Source: Amoebophrya sp. A120 (taxonomy: Eukaryota; Protista; Dinoflagellata). Taken from it: a stretch of DNA of 64,000 nt. Below, piece after piece: positions 44,527 to 57,000 of the stretch (its first letter is position 1; each line of letters starts with the position of its first letter). The notes beneath the pieces are model-generated. The model worked only from the letters and a program-made list of their open reading frames with translations, made no database searches and was not told the DNA's origin. Made by a program: the position numbers and the translations under genes. The stretch covers positions 2,418,001 through 2,482,000 of the forward strand of contig CAJINV010000008.1 of the NCBI GenBank assembly GCA_905178155.1. Direction: 5' to 3'.

Positions 44527-47500
44527 CGCTGGCCGCTCCCATTGCGTCGTGTTGGTGACCTTATCATCAGTGGGGGGACAAACTTTGAAGACCGCGAGTG
44601 CTCTGGAATTGTGACCGGAAGGTAACTGCGCTACTACATCAACATCTGTACGCATTCGCATTTGCAGCTTACGTACTAAGAATAGAGGCAAAAAGGGTGA
44701 AATAAAAAATATGCTGTACCGCATTGTGGTAGTAATCTTTCCCATCGTCGGTCGTATACTTCGTCCAATTTGGAGGTAAGGCGTCCATCTTGATGCTGTG
44801 AGCTGGCGCAGTTTATTGCGTGTGACGGGATTATCGTCGAAATGAGCCCGGAGAGGGAAACTCGACCTGAATACGGATAGAAAGATGATTTACAAACCAA
44901 AATAAATTGCCTCACCAGAAGACTATCGCCGACGTAAATCGACTTCGAGGTTTACATAGATACGCTTAACGTTGGGAATCGATTCCACCAGGTAGGATGT
45001 CAGCAAATGCAGATCCAGCCGGAGCTGCTGATAGACAAAGCCGAGGGGCGATCGGAACCTCGTGCTAGGAAAAAGCAGAGCACTGGACTGTGAAAAGGGT
45101 GATCCTTTGTCTGTTCGTTTGATGTAATTTCGATTCTTAAACGCAACAGTTGCTGCAACACGACGATGGATTCCAATGAGAATGACCATCTACCGATTGA
45201 TTTAGTACTCTAGATGAGGCGCGGCAGTCCTTTTCCTTCGGGACCAAGTCAGATTAGGAAATCGCCTCTCATCATTTCCATTTTCCAATATCAATAGAAC
45301 GAGACAAAAGAAAAAAGCTGGAATTTCAAATTTTCCGTCGCAGGAGGGTACAGCTAGGCCTTGGTAGCCTCTTTTTCCAGACGTGGTCGGTGTGGACAAA
45401 CACGATGGAAGACTATGTCTTAGCTGCAGCGCTGGGAAGATCGCCACAACTTCAAAAGCTTTAACCGTTGAGACGGAAAAATAAAGAAGTATTTATCAGT
45501 TCTTCTTCAGGCAAAAGTTTGACATTTCCAATAACATAATGCGTCATATGCAATTATCAACATATAGCGTGGACGCTGCTGAAGGTGAAAGAGTGGAAAA
45601 GAAAGCGCTGCGTTAGCACCATGCAGACTGCTAGCTGCATCCCGCAACTGCACAGATGCTAGGCCGTAATTTCTTTTTTCGTCGTGTGACTTGTAGCAAC
45701 TCGTCATCGACCCGCCATCTAGGCTTGGCTACTTGTTCCAATATGGGTGCGGAGCGTCCGCTGGCGATATCGTCCCGAATATCCAAGGGTGGACAAAAAT
45801 CCATGAGCAGCACCACCATAAAACTTGATTTATTTTCCATTGCAATGACAATGCTCAATTACAATTTGTTTCCAGCCGGACATCATATTGATACGTTCAG
45901 AAAATCATGGACGCAAGCATACTCGCGTCGCAAATATTTTCATGGTGATGCTATGATGATCTAGTTCTTGCAGGTGGATATCAAAATGCTCCAGGTATTT
46001 TTTCGCCAGGTGTTTGATGTACCCATCTGCGTATCATAATTCAACACCGACTCCTCCTCCTGTTCCTGTACAGCTTTGCAATCATTCAAATTTGTTGTGC
46101 TTGCGCACCACCTCCACCACCACCAGCAATCAAACAAGTAGGCGGTGCAGTCAGGTCCAGGTGCATTTGAGAGAAATCATCGGGCTCGTGTCCTCTTCGT
46201 TTCTTACAACGGAGCGTTCCGAAGCAATACCTACAGCTACATGGATCTGACTGCTCTCAGAAGTTGACGGATGCCATAAGCTTTGTACCTGACAAAGAAA
46301 TACGACCAAGGAGAAGTTACACTTGTCCAATATGATAAAACAGCTGTCGGGTTTACTTTGTCTGCGTCAGCACCAGCAGCAGCCATGTCCTGGGCCTGCG
46401 CGAGCCTCCTTGTGCTCCCATGTCTGGCCTTCGCGGCATTGGTAGTGACGCGGAGCGCGAAAGCGAACCCATTGCAGGCTTCGCGACCGACCAGGTCGCA
46501 ACCACCGTTCAGTAAGGATAAAGGATCGCTCACGGAAAAAAGCAAAAAACGACACAAAGCCCGCAAAATTTTGGCCCGTGATAGCGTGCCGGGCAGCATA
46601 CCACTCTTCATTTTGATTTTTGGACAAACCACTGGCTACTCAAGACTACAACCTGAACCTAGATTAGTCACCAATTTTAAACAGACCCTCAATGTCACGA
46701 ACTTCCCACATCTGGAGGGCGTGAATTTTGTCTGTTATCTGCCAGCAAATTGCGTGTGGATTTTATTGACTTAAGGCATACCAGAGGAAATAAAACGCCA
46801 ATCCAATTGCTATCTTACTCTCAGCATGATGCTACCGCTTTCTCTGCAAAAATCGATACGCTGAAAAACCACCATTGAGAGACAATCAATAAATCACCTC
46901 ATCGGGCGTCCTCGAACTCTGAAGGCAATAAATGTTTTCTACAAAAACAACACTCTAAGTACTTGTTAAATATTCTCTGATGTTATCGGCTCGCATTCGC
47001 AAAGATACAGGATGCACTACCATGAGCATGAGAACGAAGAGGCGAGGCATGCCATTATAGACACTGCTTCACAAGAATCAACACAATCCGAACAAGGACA
47101 TGTAGTCGATGCACTACTTGAGTGCCTACTTCTTTTTGGAAGGCTCAACTCATTCTCATACCGGGTGAGACTGCATCTGAATCATTTGTTTCAATGGTGA
47201 AACGGAAAACATCGAAACATTTCAATTTCTTCATCCGAACGATCAAACTGCTGCGCATTTTTGAATACACAACAACATTTCAAATCACTGCTGCTCAACA
47301 GACTCGCTATCATAACAACCAACGAGTCAATTAACAGGATTGCCAGCGCCTATTCCTATCGTCGATGAAGATAGGAAGCACTTCTTGCTCTCAGCTTTTT
47401 ATAGTTTTTCTTTGTACGATATCTTGGATATGAACAAAAAAAAATGAAATGCCTAAAACTGTTTTTGAAGCGCGTTTTATTCTATGCATTCAAAAATGAT

Positions 47501-50096
47501 AATATCCGTATCTGCCCTATCCACAGACCGCAATTGAAGCGTGATTTAGCTGTAGCTACCCAGTTTTGCCGAGATACAGCTCTGGTTTCAAAAGTAAATC
47601 AAACGCATATGGTTATGGGCATATTGGGAAAATAATTTTCTGAGTTTTTAGTGTTCTTCTTCAGTCAGAACAAAAAAACTAGTTGGGTGCCGTGAATGTT
47701 GCTTCGCTCTCTGGCGAAACATTCAAATTTACGATTTCTCTTCGTCTTTGTGGTAATTTCCTCAATTACAATTGGTCATATGTTTCGTGGATGAAATTTG
47801 AATTTGTCCTCTTCAAAATGAAAATAATCGTAGCAGGTGGCGAAATAATGTTGCTGCTACCTCTAAGATGCAACAACAAATAATCCATCCGCTCTGCTGC
47901 TGCTCATTGGGAAACAAAAAGTTAGGCAATCGCGACACTTTGTTCGGACGATAAGCCTCTTGTGCATTAAAAATGACATCGCTGCTATGTATTTTCTTTT
48001 TCACAGAGACATGATGAAGCGGTGTAGATGCCAGTGTCGTTGCCACACACGGAACTTTAGCTGATGTGATTTTTCATTCTCCGTTTCCAAAAATAAAATT
48101 TGCTTCTTTTGTACACATGATTTGACTTCCCCACGGTTATGGGGCTATGAATCATGCATCGAGGGCTAGGGGCGCGATTCGGAAACGTACCTACTCCCAC
48201 AGTTGTAGACGCCCACAGATGGACGCATTTAGTGTCGGGATCAGGGTGAGCCATCATTCATGATAACGTAGGAAGTAGCGGGTATGTTGAAAATTGGGCG
48301 TGGTCTCTATCTAATTTGGGGGCTTACCCGAAAAAGAGACTGCGTGTCGCAATGAATCTTCGCATGTAGCAAAAAAAAGGGATCATGCGTCGAATGGTAA
48401 TTGAGCAGGGTAAGGGTTACTCCAATGCATCGCTTGCTGATGGTGTAGCAGCAACTGGCACTGCAGGCAGACCATGAGTAGCGTAAGCATGTCGAGTTAC
48501 ACTTCAAATAAAGTGAACAGAACACATGCAAATGATTAAATGACCTGCAAAGGAGATGCGATGATAAATTAGCATATCAATCTCTTTCAGTCATCGTGTT
48601 TTTAATACTCGCAAGCTGCACTAGATCGCACCTTTTATATTGTCATCGAAGTTAGCAGCGCGGTAGTCGCAGCTGCCGAATGTCGTCACTGTATGAAAAC
48701 CGAGCTGAAGCAATCATCTCTTTTGCGCGCGGCGGTGCTCGCCCGTGTAGTGCAATTTTGGATTTCGCAGTCGCGCTGTCAAAGCCTACACGACACATCC
48801 GAACCAAGATCACATCGTGAGACAAAGCGCTAAGATTGAGATGAGCGAGCAAAAGCTGGATTTCACTAGGGTATGAATCGTTAAAAAAAAGTCGGTGGCT
48901 TGTGCTTGAGATGTCATCCTTCATCCGCTTTACGCAGATTCCTTCATCCATCTCGCGTAGATGCTCTGCTCCTTTCTCGTCCAATACTCGAAGATTTTCT
49001 GAGAAGCAAATCGAAGTACAAGGAAGTAGCTAATCATAAAGCCAAGGTACTGCTACTGTATAAGAATCAAGTGCGTGCTCGCTTCTTCACGTGAGCAAGT
49101 TCCTTTTTCACAAAGAAAAATCTCAGTTGCTGTTTGCAAGTTGTTTGTTGACGATTATCTTTATCACCTGAGCGCCAGAGCAAAGCAACAAGCACGAAGT
49201 GCGGTCTTTCTTGTGAACGAGAATTTCATTTCAGATTTCGAGGGGATCCAAAGGCAAGCAATTGGACGGGAATTGATGTCAACGTCAACCCGGCAATTAT
49301 AACTGCTGTAGAGCGTTGTACAACTTCGATCACCAGAGGCTAAGGACAAACCTTTGCAAATCAACATATACTGAACCAAAAAGAAAAACCGAAGCGAAGC
49401 GAATAACAAGAAAAAATGAAAATGACTGCTTGCTTAACGTCTCAGCCTTGACAAAAATGAATGTTGGGTTGCAAGATATGATAATAAATACATCGGCATT
49501 TCTGCCGTTTTGTAAAGTCAGGCTCTGACTGTTTGTAAAGCGAAATCTGCCGTCTATTGTTTCCACACCACATCAAACCGAAACTCGAAAAAGAGGCAGC
49601 ACGCGTAGAGACACGAGCTTCACGGGCAAACACAGCATCGCGAGGGGTAAGTTTGTAACATTTCACATGTGATCATCCTAGGTCGAACAACTCGAAGGCC
49701 AGCGCTAACAAATTAATACTATATCTGTGTCAATGCGGAAAGACAAACAAGCATGATGAATGAGAATGATCCGAATAATAAAATTGTTGGTAGCTGCTTT
49801 CCCTAATTATTGGAGCTGCCCGTTCCAAAATCATTTTTCCGGTCGGTTTTTTCTTGGAGAGAATCCTGTTGACGTTGACGCAATACACAAACGCAGTCTC
49901 ATCTCCTCAATTGTCCCGGCGCGTTCTTAACGCTATCCCTGAAATCGCAAAGCTTCCGATGTATATTTAGATTTAGGACCAGGTTCAACTTCAATATCAA
50001 AACTTGAACTTGTGCAAAAAATAAACACGCACAAAAAGGTTCTATATGCCGAACAGTTTTAGTCTCTTTTTTAATACAGTGGATGTCCGAGCGAGC

Positions 50097-52040
50097 CTAC
50101 AGTCTTCGATTTGTTTTGCCCGTTATCGTTTTTTGTATCCTTGGAAGCTTCGGGGATGGTCCGACAAAGCGGAACTCTCGCGAGTCCGACGCGGGCTGAT
50201 GTGCTGGACGGGGATGTGACGTGGATCCAGCGGAAAAATCCGCCTTACAGCGGCTGAAGGTACTCGGCACAAAGAGCTCAGATTTCTTACTCATGCTAGC
50301 TGCGCGTCTGGGCTTCAGCAGCTTCTTAGCCACTTTTCGAAAGTCGAACAAGGTCTTTCCCTGGGCCGCGATTTTCTTGTGGAGCGGATCGGTCGTGGTC
50401 TTCTTGATGTGGCGCTCGATTCGCATCTGGCGACACGGGTGGTCGACGCGCACGATTTTTGCCATTCTCCACTGCGACAACATCTGATGTATAAATATAG
50501 AAAGTAAAATCCCAAAGGGAAGTTTGAATAGAGCACAGAGCATGTATAGTTCCTTTTCTGTGTAATACACGGAGACGCGGCACTGTAATTCTTGTACTCA
50601 TTTAATAGTGATCGTCACTGCACTTCTCGTTACGGTCATACTCATGACCATCTCCAACTAAATAGTTTTTTGTTTTTACGTTGATCTCCGTGTTGACATC
50701 GATATGATCATCTGAATATGCTCGACTCTCAGGCTTAGACTGTTCCTGTGCGATTATACTCGTATTGTCCCTCGTCGCATTGGCATTCACTGAAAAGTAA
50801 TAAATTCCTTCAAGAGGCATGTGCGTAGTAGCACGTGAATAACTGCTACTTTTATATCTGTATCTTCTAGCAGCAGCTTTTTTGCGGATGCGGAAGTCTG
50901 TACATTATAATATAGACACCTGAATTATTCCTGCTCTGCGGGCCCGCGTCCGACAGTTTCGCCTCTTAACCCAGACTTTTATTGGCCGTTTCGTGTTCAT
51001 GTTCACGTTGTACTGTCTCAGGATCGCTTTACTGGACCGCGCAAGCTGGCCTACCAGTTTTCCTCGGTCCCACTTGCGTTTCTGCTTCATCGACAACTGG
51101 GTAACCCCTAGCACTCCGGTATTGGACGCCTTTCCACGCCTTCTTGTCATTCCTGGCTGCACTGCTCCATGAACATTCAAAGCAAGCCGTCGAAACACTG
51201 TAGTGTATTGCTTTAGAGCTGATGAAGGAAGATGGTGGACGTATTGCAAATCGAAAATGGAGTGTGAGTCGATCACTGTAGCCGAGCCGAACTGAGAGGT
51301 ATATAGAGATCGTTTGTATCCCTTGACCTATCACTCAGGCTCACATGACAGAAAAACCCTGCCGCGGAGGCCTCAAGTCAAAGAGATGCGCGACACTGTC
51401 GCGATCAGTGTACCTCTTCATCTCAACGTCAACTACGAACTCATTTGAAAGCTCTTGTTCTTCTTCTTGCCGAAAGGAATACAATACACTGCGCGTCCTG
51501 CAGTGCTGCTCTCTTTGCATCTCGGCGGGTCGGTGCTGGGAGTCCTTTTTTCGAGGCTGCAGCACGAAGCTTCCGCAACTTTGGTGCGACGAAAAAGTAC
51601 CTAGTGCCATTTCGCAAAGAAGCATACTGGTCTTTCGCGCTTCTGCTTCATCAACCAAAGATCGGCGAAGAGATGATCAGCAGCAGCAGCTGTCGACCAC
51701 TGGGCACAAAATTTATATCCGCACCCGTCTACTCACTTATGCAAACACGACAAGAGTGGCAGAATACGAGACGCGCGAAGATCTCGAAAAGTAGACCAAT
51801 GCGGTACCTCTTCATCCTCCGCGTTGTTTTCTTTCCCACTTCCTTGTGCTTAAACTGCACGCGCCAGCAGTCGTACTCCGCTGGATCCGTGGGTGGTACT
51901 GGGACTTTACGCGCGCCGAGCACTCTCTTCTTCATCACGTAGACATTGTCTTGGTCTTCGTAGCTTATCAACCCCCTTCGTGCGTGTTCATCGTCAAGCT
52001 TATCCTTCGAGCTCGCCTTCTCGAGCAAGAACAGCTTCAT
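50097..52040 (-). CDS. Hypothetical K/R-rich protein, multi-exon (boundaries approximate)
   Basis: Coding-like basic ORF cores at 51729-52040, 50905-51150 and 50097-50482, separated by AT-richer introns. Confidence 0.5.
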
Positions 52041-54021
52041 GTACTTCCAGCCGGGAACGTAAGTGATTCCCTGATTATGTAGGGTAATTATGTATACTTA
52101 GTTCCCGGTTTTATTTTTTTTCTACGAACTTGGCAAACGCAAAATCCAAAAAGGCAAGAAGTGTGGGGACAATCAAAGAACGAAGTAGCTGATCAAACCT
52201 GGTGAAGTACTCCTGACTCAAACTCCTTCAAGTTCTTCAACACATCTACGTACACCAAAGCGCCCAAAATAAGTACCCGCATATCCGGACGGATGTGTGT
52301 GCCGCGAGTGCGAAGGTTCGGGATAGCATGAGGTAGGGGTCGCGGCAGCGGTATGCTGGGCGACCACGCGACATCGCTCTTCGAGGATGGAGACGAGTCA
52401 TTGCCACTGTGACTGTCATTGTCCGCACTGCTGGAGGTCGGAGAATAATCTGGTGATTAGAAAAATTCGTGGACATTGTCCAATCTATTCATGTATGTGT
52501 TGTTCTCATACATATCAACACAAAGAAATACGGCAAAGACATGCTTTGCGATTCTCTGGCTTGAACAGCGCCTTATTTACCGGATGAGCACTCCCTGCTC
52601 CGCGCGTACCGTTTTCCCAAATCCTTCTCGAACGCTCTCCGTAGAGCGCCAAGCGTTGGCGGGAAGGCCACTCCAGATCCGCAACCGATCGTATGGAAGT
52701 TGGAAAATATCCTACCGCGCTTGCCATCGCGTCGCAACTTGTCAAGTACCAATAGATACCATACTCTGTCTTCTCACTGGGCATTACAACAGCAGCTCAA
52801 ACAGGAATGAGATAGCAGCGATCCTTCCAAATGCATCTTCTATTTTTCCACATGATGCGCGCTGACATAGTTCTCTTGTGGAACACTTGTCTACGCTGGC
52901 ACAAGCGAGCGATCACTTTCAGTCTGGATATGGTAAGAAGGCTGGTTCGAGCTTGAAAGGCACTGGAAACCAATTGCTACTTGTTGTCGAACAGTGATTT
53001 GAGTTCGAGTCGGCTACATAGACACCGTTCTGCAGTTCTCGACCCCAGTGCTGCTCGTACTCCAATCTCGCCAAAAACTCCTGGTAGACTGACAGTTTAT
53101 TGGCGTATTGCTTGTTCTGTTCACCTCCTTCAGCGCCGCTCTGCAGCTGCATTCTCCTGTACTCGGCGTCCAGAAAGTTCTCAGCAGCCTCCACCTCTTC
53201 CACATCCAAAAAATTGTAGCAGTTCATACCCTGGGGCATCTTTCCGGAATTTCCGAAGCAGGCACGGTGAAGATCGCCATGCACTGCAGTTTTCGCATGC
53301 GTGCTCCTAAAGAATGCACAACAGAGGCAGCAGGAAGCGCCTGTGGTTGCTGCCGGCTTTGCGCGATGAAAACGGTTCTGGTACGAGTCTTCGAAAAATC
53401 TGCGACAACAGGCACCTGGTGATATGCATTTGCGTTCAAATTTGCGAGTGATGCGCAAGCACAAGGTCTTCTCGTAACCGTCATCAAATCACAAGCACCA
53501 ACAAACCTACGAAAAGTCATCCACCTTGTTTCTTCAGAAACGCGGACAAGAGTCCCTTCGGCACGCCAATCTCTTGATCCGCAGCCGCCGGTGGACCCTC
53601 CTCTTTTCGTTGATGTCCCGGACCGATGACCGTCGGTTTAGGGTGATCAAAAACGGGAAACGTGGAAATTTCTAGAGCAGTGGGAAACGAAACGTCCACG
53701 ACACACGCGCAGCTGTCCGCTATCACGCTGTCCTCGCCCTTTATTGACCACGTCCACGTCATTGTGACAAGATGAGCGGGCGACACGGACCCGGCCCGCG
53801 CATTGCAGCGGCCTTCTAGATTATCAAGGACGAGACAAACCAACTTATCCAAAAACGCTAATAGTCTACTGATACATAGATTGATATATACAGCTTTTAG
53901 GAGCCTGCATGGCTTTCTTTCGGTCGCCTGCGCCGAAAAAGGAAGTGTTGTCCTCGGCGGGGCCGTTCAACTCTCGGCGCCGGCGCTGACCTTTTTTGTG
54001 CTCGTCTGAATCATGCTTGTT

Positions 54022-57000
54022 CTAGTGATTTTGCAACTTCTTGGACGAGAGGCCCTGTCTCTTTGGATACAGCGTTTTCGTGCCGAGTGGCCCACAAATT
54101 CCCCACTGCACCAGGTCCACTCCGGCTACTTCATCGCGTCCGGTTTGCGTTGCGCCGAGCGTAAAAACCGGCTTGCCAGTGGCAAGATCCGATTTGTACA
54201 TCGGGTAGATCAGGCCCCCGAGCTGCGTCACGGTATGCGTCAGGAAATACCATCCGCTCACCTCCGGATAGTTTTCGCTTTTCAGCAAGACCTTGGCGGG
54301 TGGGTGGGTCGTGTCTTGGATGCAGGATTCGAGCCGCTGATCGGCTTGTTGTTCTTGGGCCTTATCTGCTACCGTGGAAAAGTTGCGGGCTCTTGGCTCA
54401 GCCATGTTGCTCAGCTGACGGCAAGGTATGATCTTTCTCCCTTCTAGTACCTTCGCTGGAAGAAAAGCTAAAACGCCATGATCGCTGCTGGTATCCTCGT
54501 GCTCGGTTTCCAGTGGACGTTCACGCTTAGCTGCGGTCGCGCAGGAGGGAAGCGACGAATCTGATTGCTTTTTTTTGCTTTTCTTGTCACCAACCAAATG
54601 CCCGCCTCCGTTGTGTTGTGTTTCGGATGTCGGTTTGTTTGCAGACCGATTGACGGGAACGGGTGCAACCTCCCGCTTCACTTGTTGCAGTGGATGACCC
54701 AAAAAGCCGATACGTTCTGACTGCGTTTTAGTGCAAGGCGAGTGCTGCTCGTTCTTGATCCGCAGTGTTCGCGTTCCTGCCTCCTCGCGAGAGTTTTGAA
54801 AGATGAGATCTTGCTTGACCCGAAAACGGGGTAATTCCGGCGACGTTGGTGAAGTGGGCTCTTTCTTAATGCGCACAGGATCGCGCTTGCTCGTGCATTC
54901 AGGCTCGCAGTTGACTCGGCTGCGGCGACGATCAGCGGCCCCGGGTGAGGTGGGCTCGCACTTGATTCGGGTCGTGGGAGCGCAGTTCTCTCGCTCTGTG
55001 GCCGAACTCGTGGTGATCAGCTCTGGGTCCCGCTTGATGGATCTTTCACTCGTCACGTTTTCAGGAGGAGGCACTTCTGCCTTGAATTGAACATCGGGAG
55101 AACCAGAAGACTCAGCTTTCAACAAACCGGATTCGCCTACGATGGGTGACACGGACGACGTTCCCTCTTGCTTGATGCTGGTTTTTCCGCTTTTGTCAAA
55201 ATCAGGAACAAAAGACGCTGCTGAATGATGCTGGCTGGACCCGGCCTGCCTGGACAGGGACGCCGATGCGTCCTCACATGCGTCGTCACCAGGATTTTGC
55301 TTCTGCTCTCTCTTGATCCTGGAACGGCCGTCGACTAGTTGTGGCGATTCCGGCTTTTGTTGTTCCTTTACCTGTGAAACACCTGCTCCCGCTGCTGGTT
55401 CCGGTTCGGCAGCGCAGACAACTTGTGCGTTGTTGTGATGCTTGCTTCTCGTGCGTGTAGTCGTGATTTCCGAATGCGAATCCAGATGCTGTTCGAGCAT
55501 CGCCAAACGAGCTGCGCGTTGCATTTCCAACCGTTCTGCTCCTTTTTCGCCCAGCACACGCATGGCGTAGCCGCTCTCGAGCAGAGTCCTTGCACTAGAG
55601 CTTGTCCACTGATTCCCATTCGCGTTATCCGCAGCAGCTTTACTGTTTCTGGCGCTGCCCTGCTCTGCATCTCGAATTCGTCGTAGCAACCACACCAAGA
55701 CGGCCCGCTCCTTGAAATAGGTATATAGGCTCTCGGAAATTCATGTGAGAGTCCATTTCTGAAAATTTAAAATTCGCAAACTTCGAAACCCTCTGCGAAT
55801 CTTATAACACGCGCCCAAAACCCGGCCCCGGCGAACCCCATTCAGCTTCCAAAGTCAACAAGGCCCCGAAAAGGGGGCTTCGAGAACTCTGAAAGATACG
55901 CGCCGTTTTTCTTCCAGAACTCTGGAGCTTCTCTTTTGTGGACTTCGAACAAGCCGGCCCTCGATCCGGAGCCGCTTGATCCCCGAACGCCGAGGTTGGC
56001 TCCATTGCCTAGTCCATGAGGTGCCCACCACGGCTTTGAGGTTCCGAAGCCAACAAATTCGACACACATGAATTTCTCAGGCTCTGAAAGAAAAACGGCG
56101 TCTTTCTTTCAGAGCCTGAGAAATTCATGTGTGTAAATGTTGAGCCAATCCCCTTCCATCAAAAGGGCGGCTGGTCGCCGGCCGTCTGGGCTGGCTTGAT
56201 TGCCAGCTCCGGATCACGGCGGCCAAAGGTTCAATCTTTTCAAGTAATCAAATCTGACACACATGAATTTCTCAGGCTCTAAAAGAAAAACGGCGTTTTT
56301 CTTCTAGAGCATGAGAAATTCATGTGTGTAAATGTTGAGCCAATCCCCTTCCATCAAAAGGGCGGCTGGTCGCCGGCCGTCTGGGCTGGCTTGATTGCCA
56401 GCTCCGGATCACGGCGGCCAAAGGTTCAACTTTTTCAACAAATCGAATTTGACACACATGAATTTCTCAGGCTTTAAAAGAAAAACGGCGTTTTTCTTCT
56501 ACAGCCTGAGAAATTCATGTGTGTAAATGTTGAACCAATCCGCTTTCGCCAACAAGGCGGTTGGTCGCCGACCGTCGGGGCTGGCTTGATTGCCAGCTCC
56601 GGATCACGGCGGCCAAAGGTTGAACTTTTTGAAGAAATCGAATTTGACACACATGAATTTCTCAGGCTCTAAAAGAAAAACGCCGCTTTTCTTTTAGAGC
56701 CTGAGAAATTCAAGTGTGTAAATGCCTTTCGCCGGCCCCCGGCTGGTGAAAATCCCCATTGGTAACTGAAACATTTTTCAGCTACCAATGGGGATTTTCA
56801 CCACTCGGTGAGTGGCGAAAGCGCTTTCGCCACTCACCGAGTGGCGAAAATCCCCATTGGTAACTGAAAAGCTTTTCAGTTACCAATGAGGATTTTCACC
56901 TCTAGGTGAGAGGCGACAGCGCTTTCGCCTCTCACCTAGAGGTGAAAATGCCCATTGTAAACTGAAAATCTATTCGCCACTGACGAAGGCGACTCCTCCT

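Noticed and set aside
44900-49700. Gene(s) in 44.9-49.7 kb (similarly 34.9-37.9 kb and 52.9-53.9 kb)
   Set aside because: Probably fragmented - strand exons, but no reliable model or homology could be read by eye
55724-55725. TA TSD (Tc1/mariner) reading of the 3.1-kb element
   Set aside because: Would leave an unexplained AGGTA duplication and a frameshift; the 5-bp TSD reading restores the frame exactly
56061-56970. CRISPR-like array
   Set aside because: Inter-hairpin segments are near-identical rather than unique spacers, units are 195 bp or 49 bp, there are no cas genes, and the context is eukaryotic
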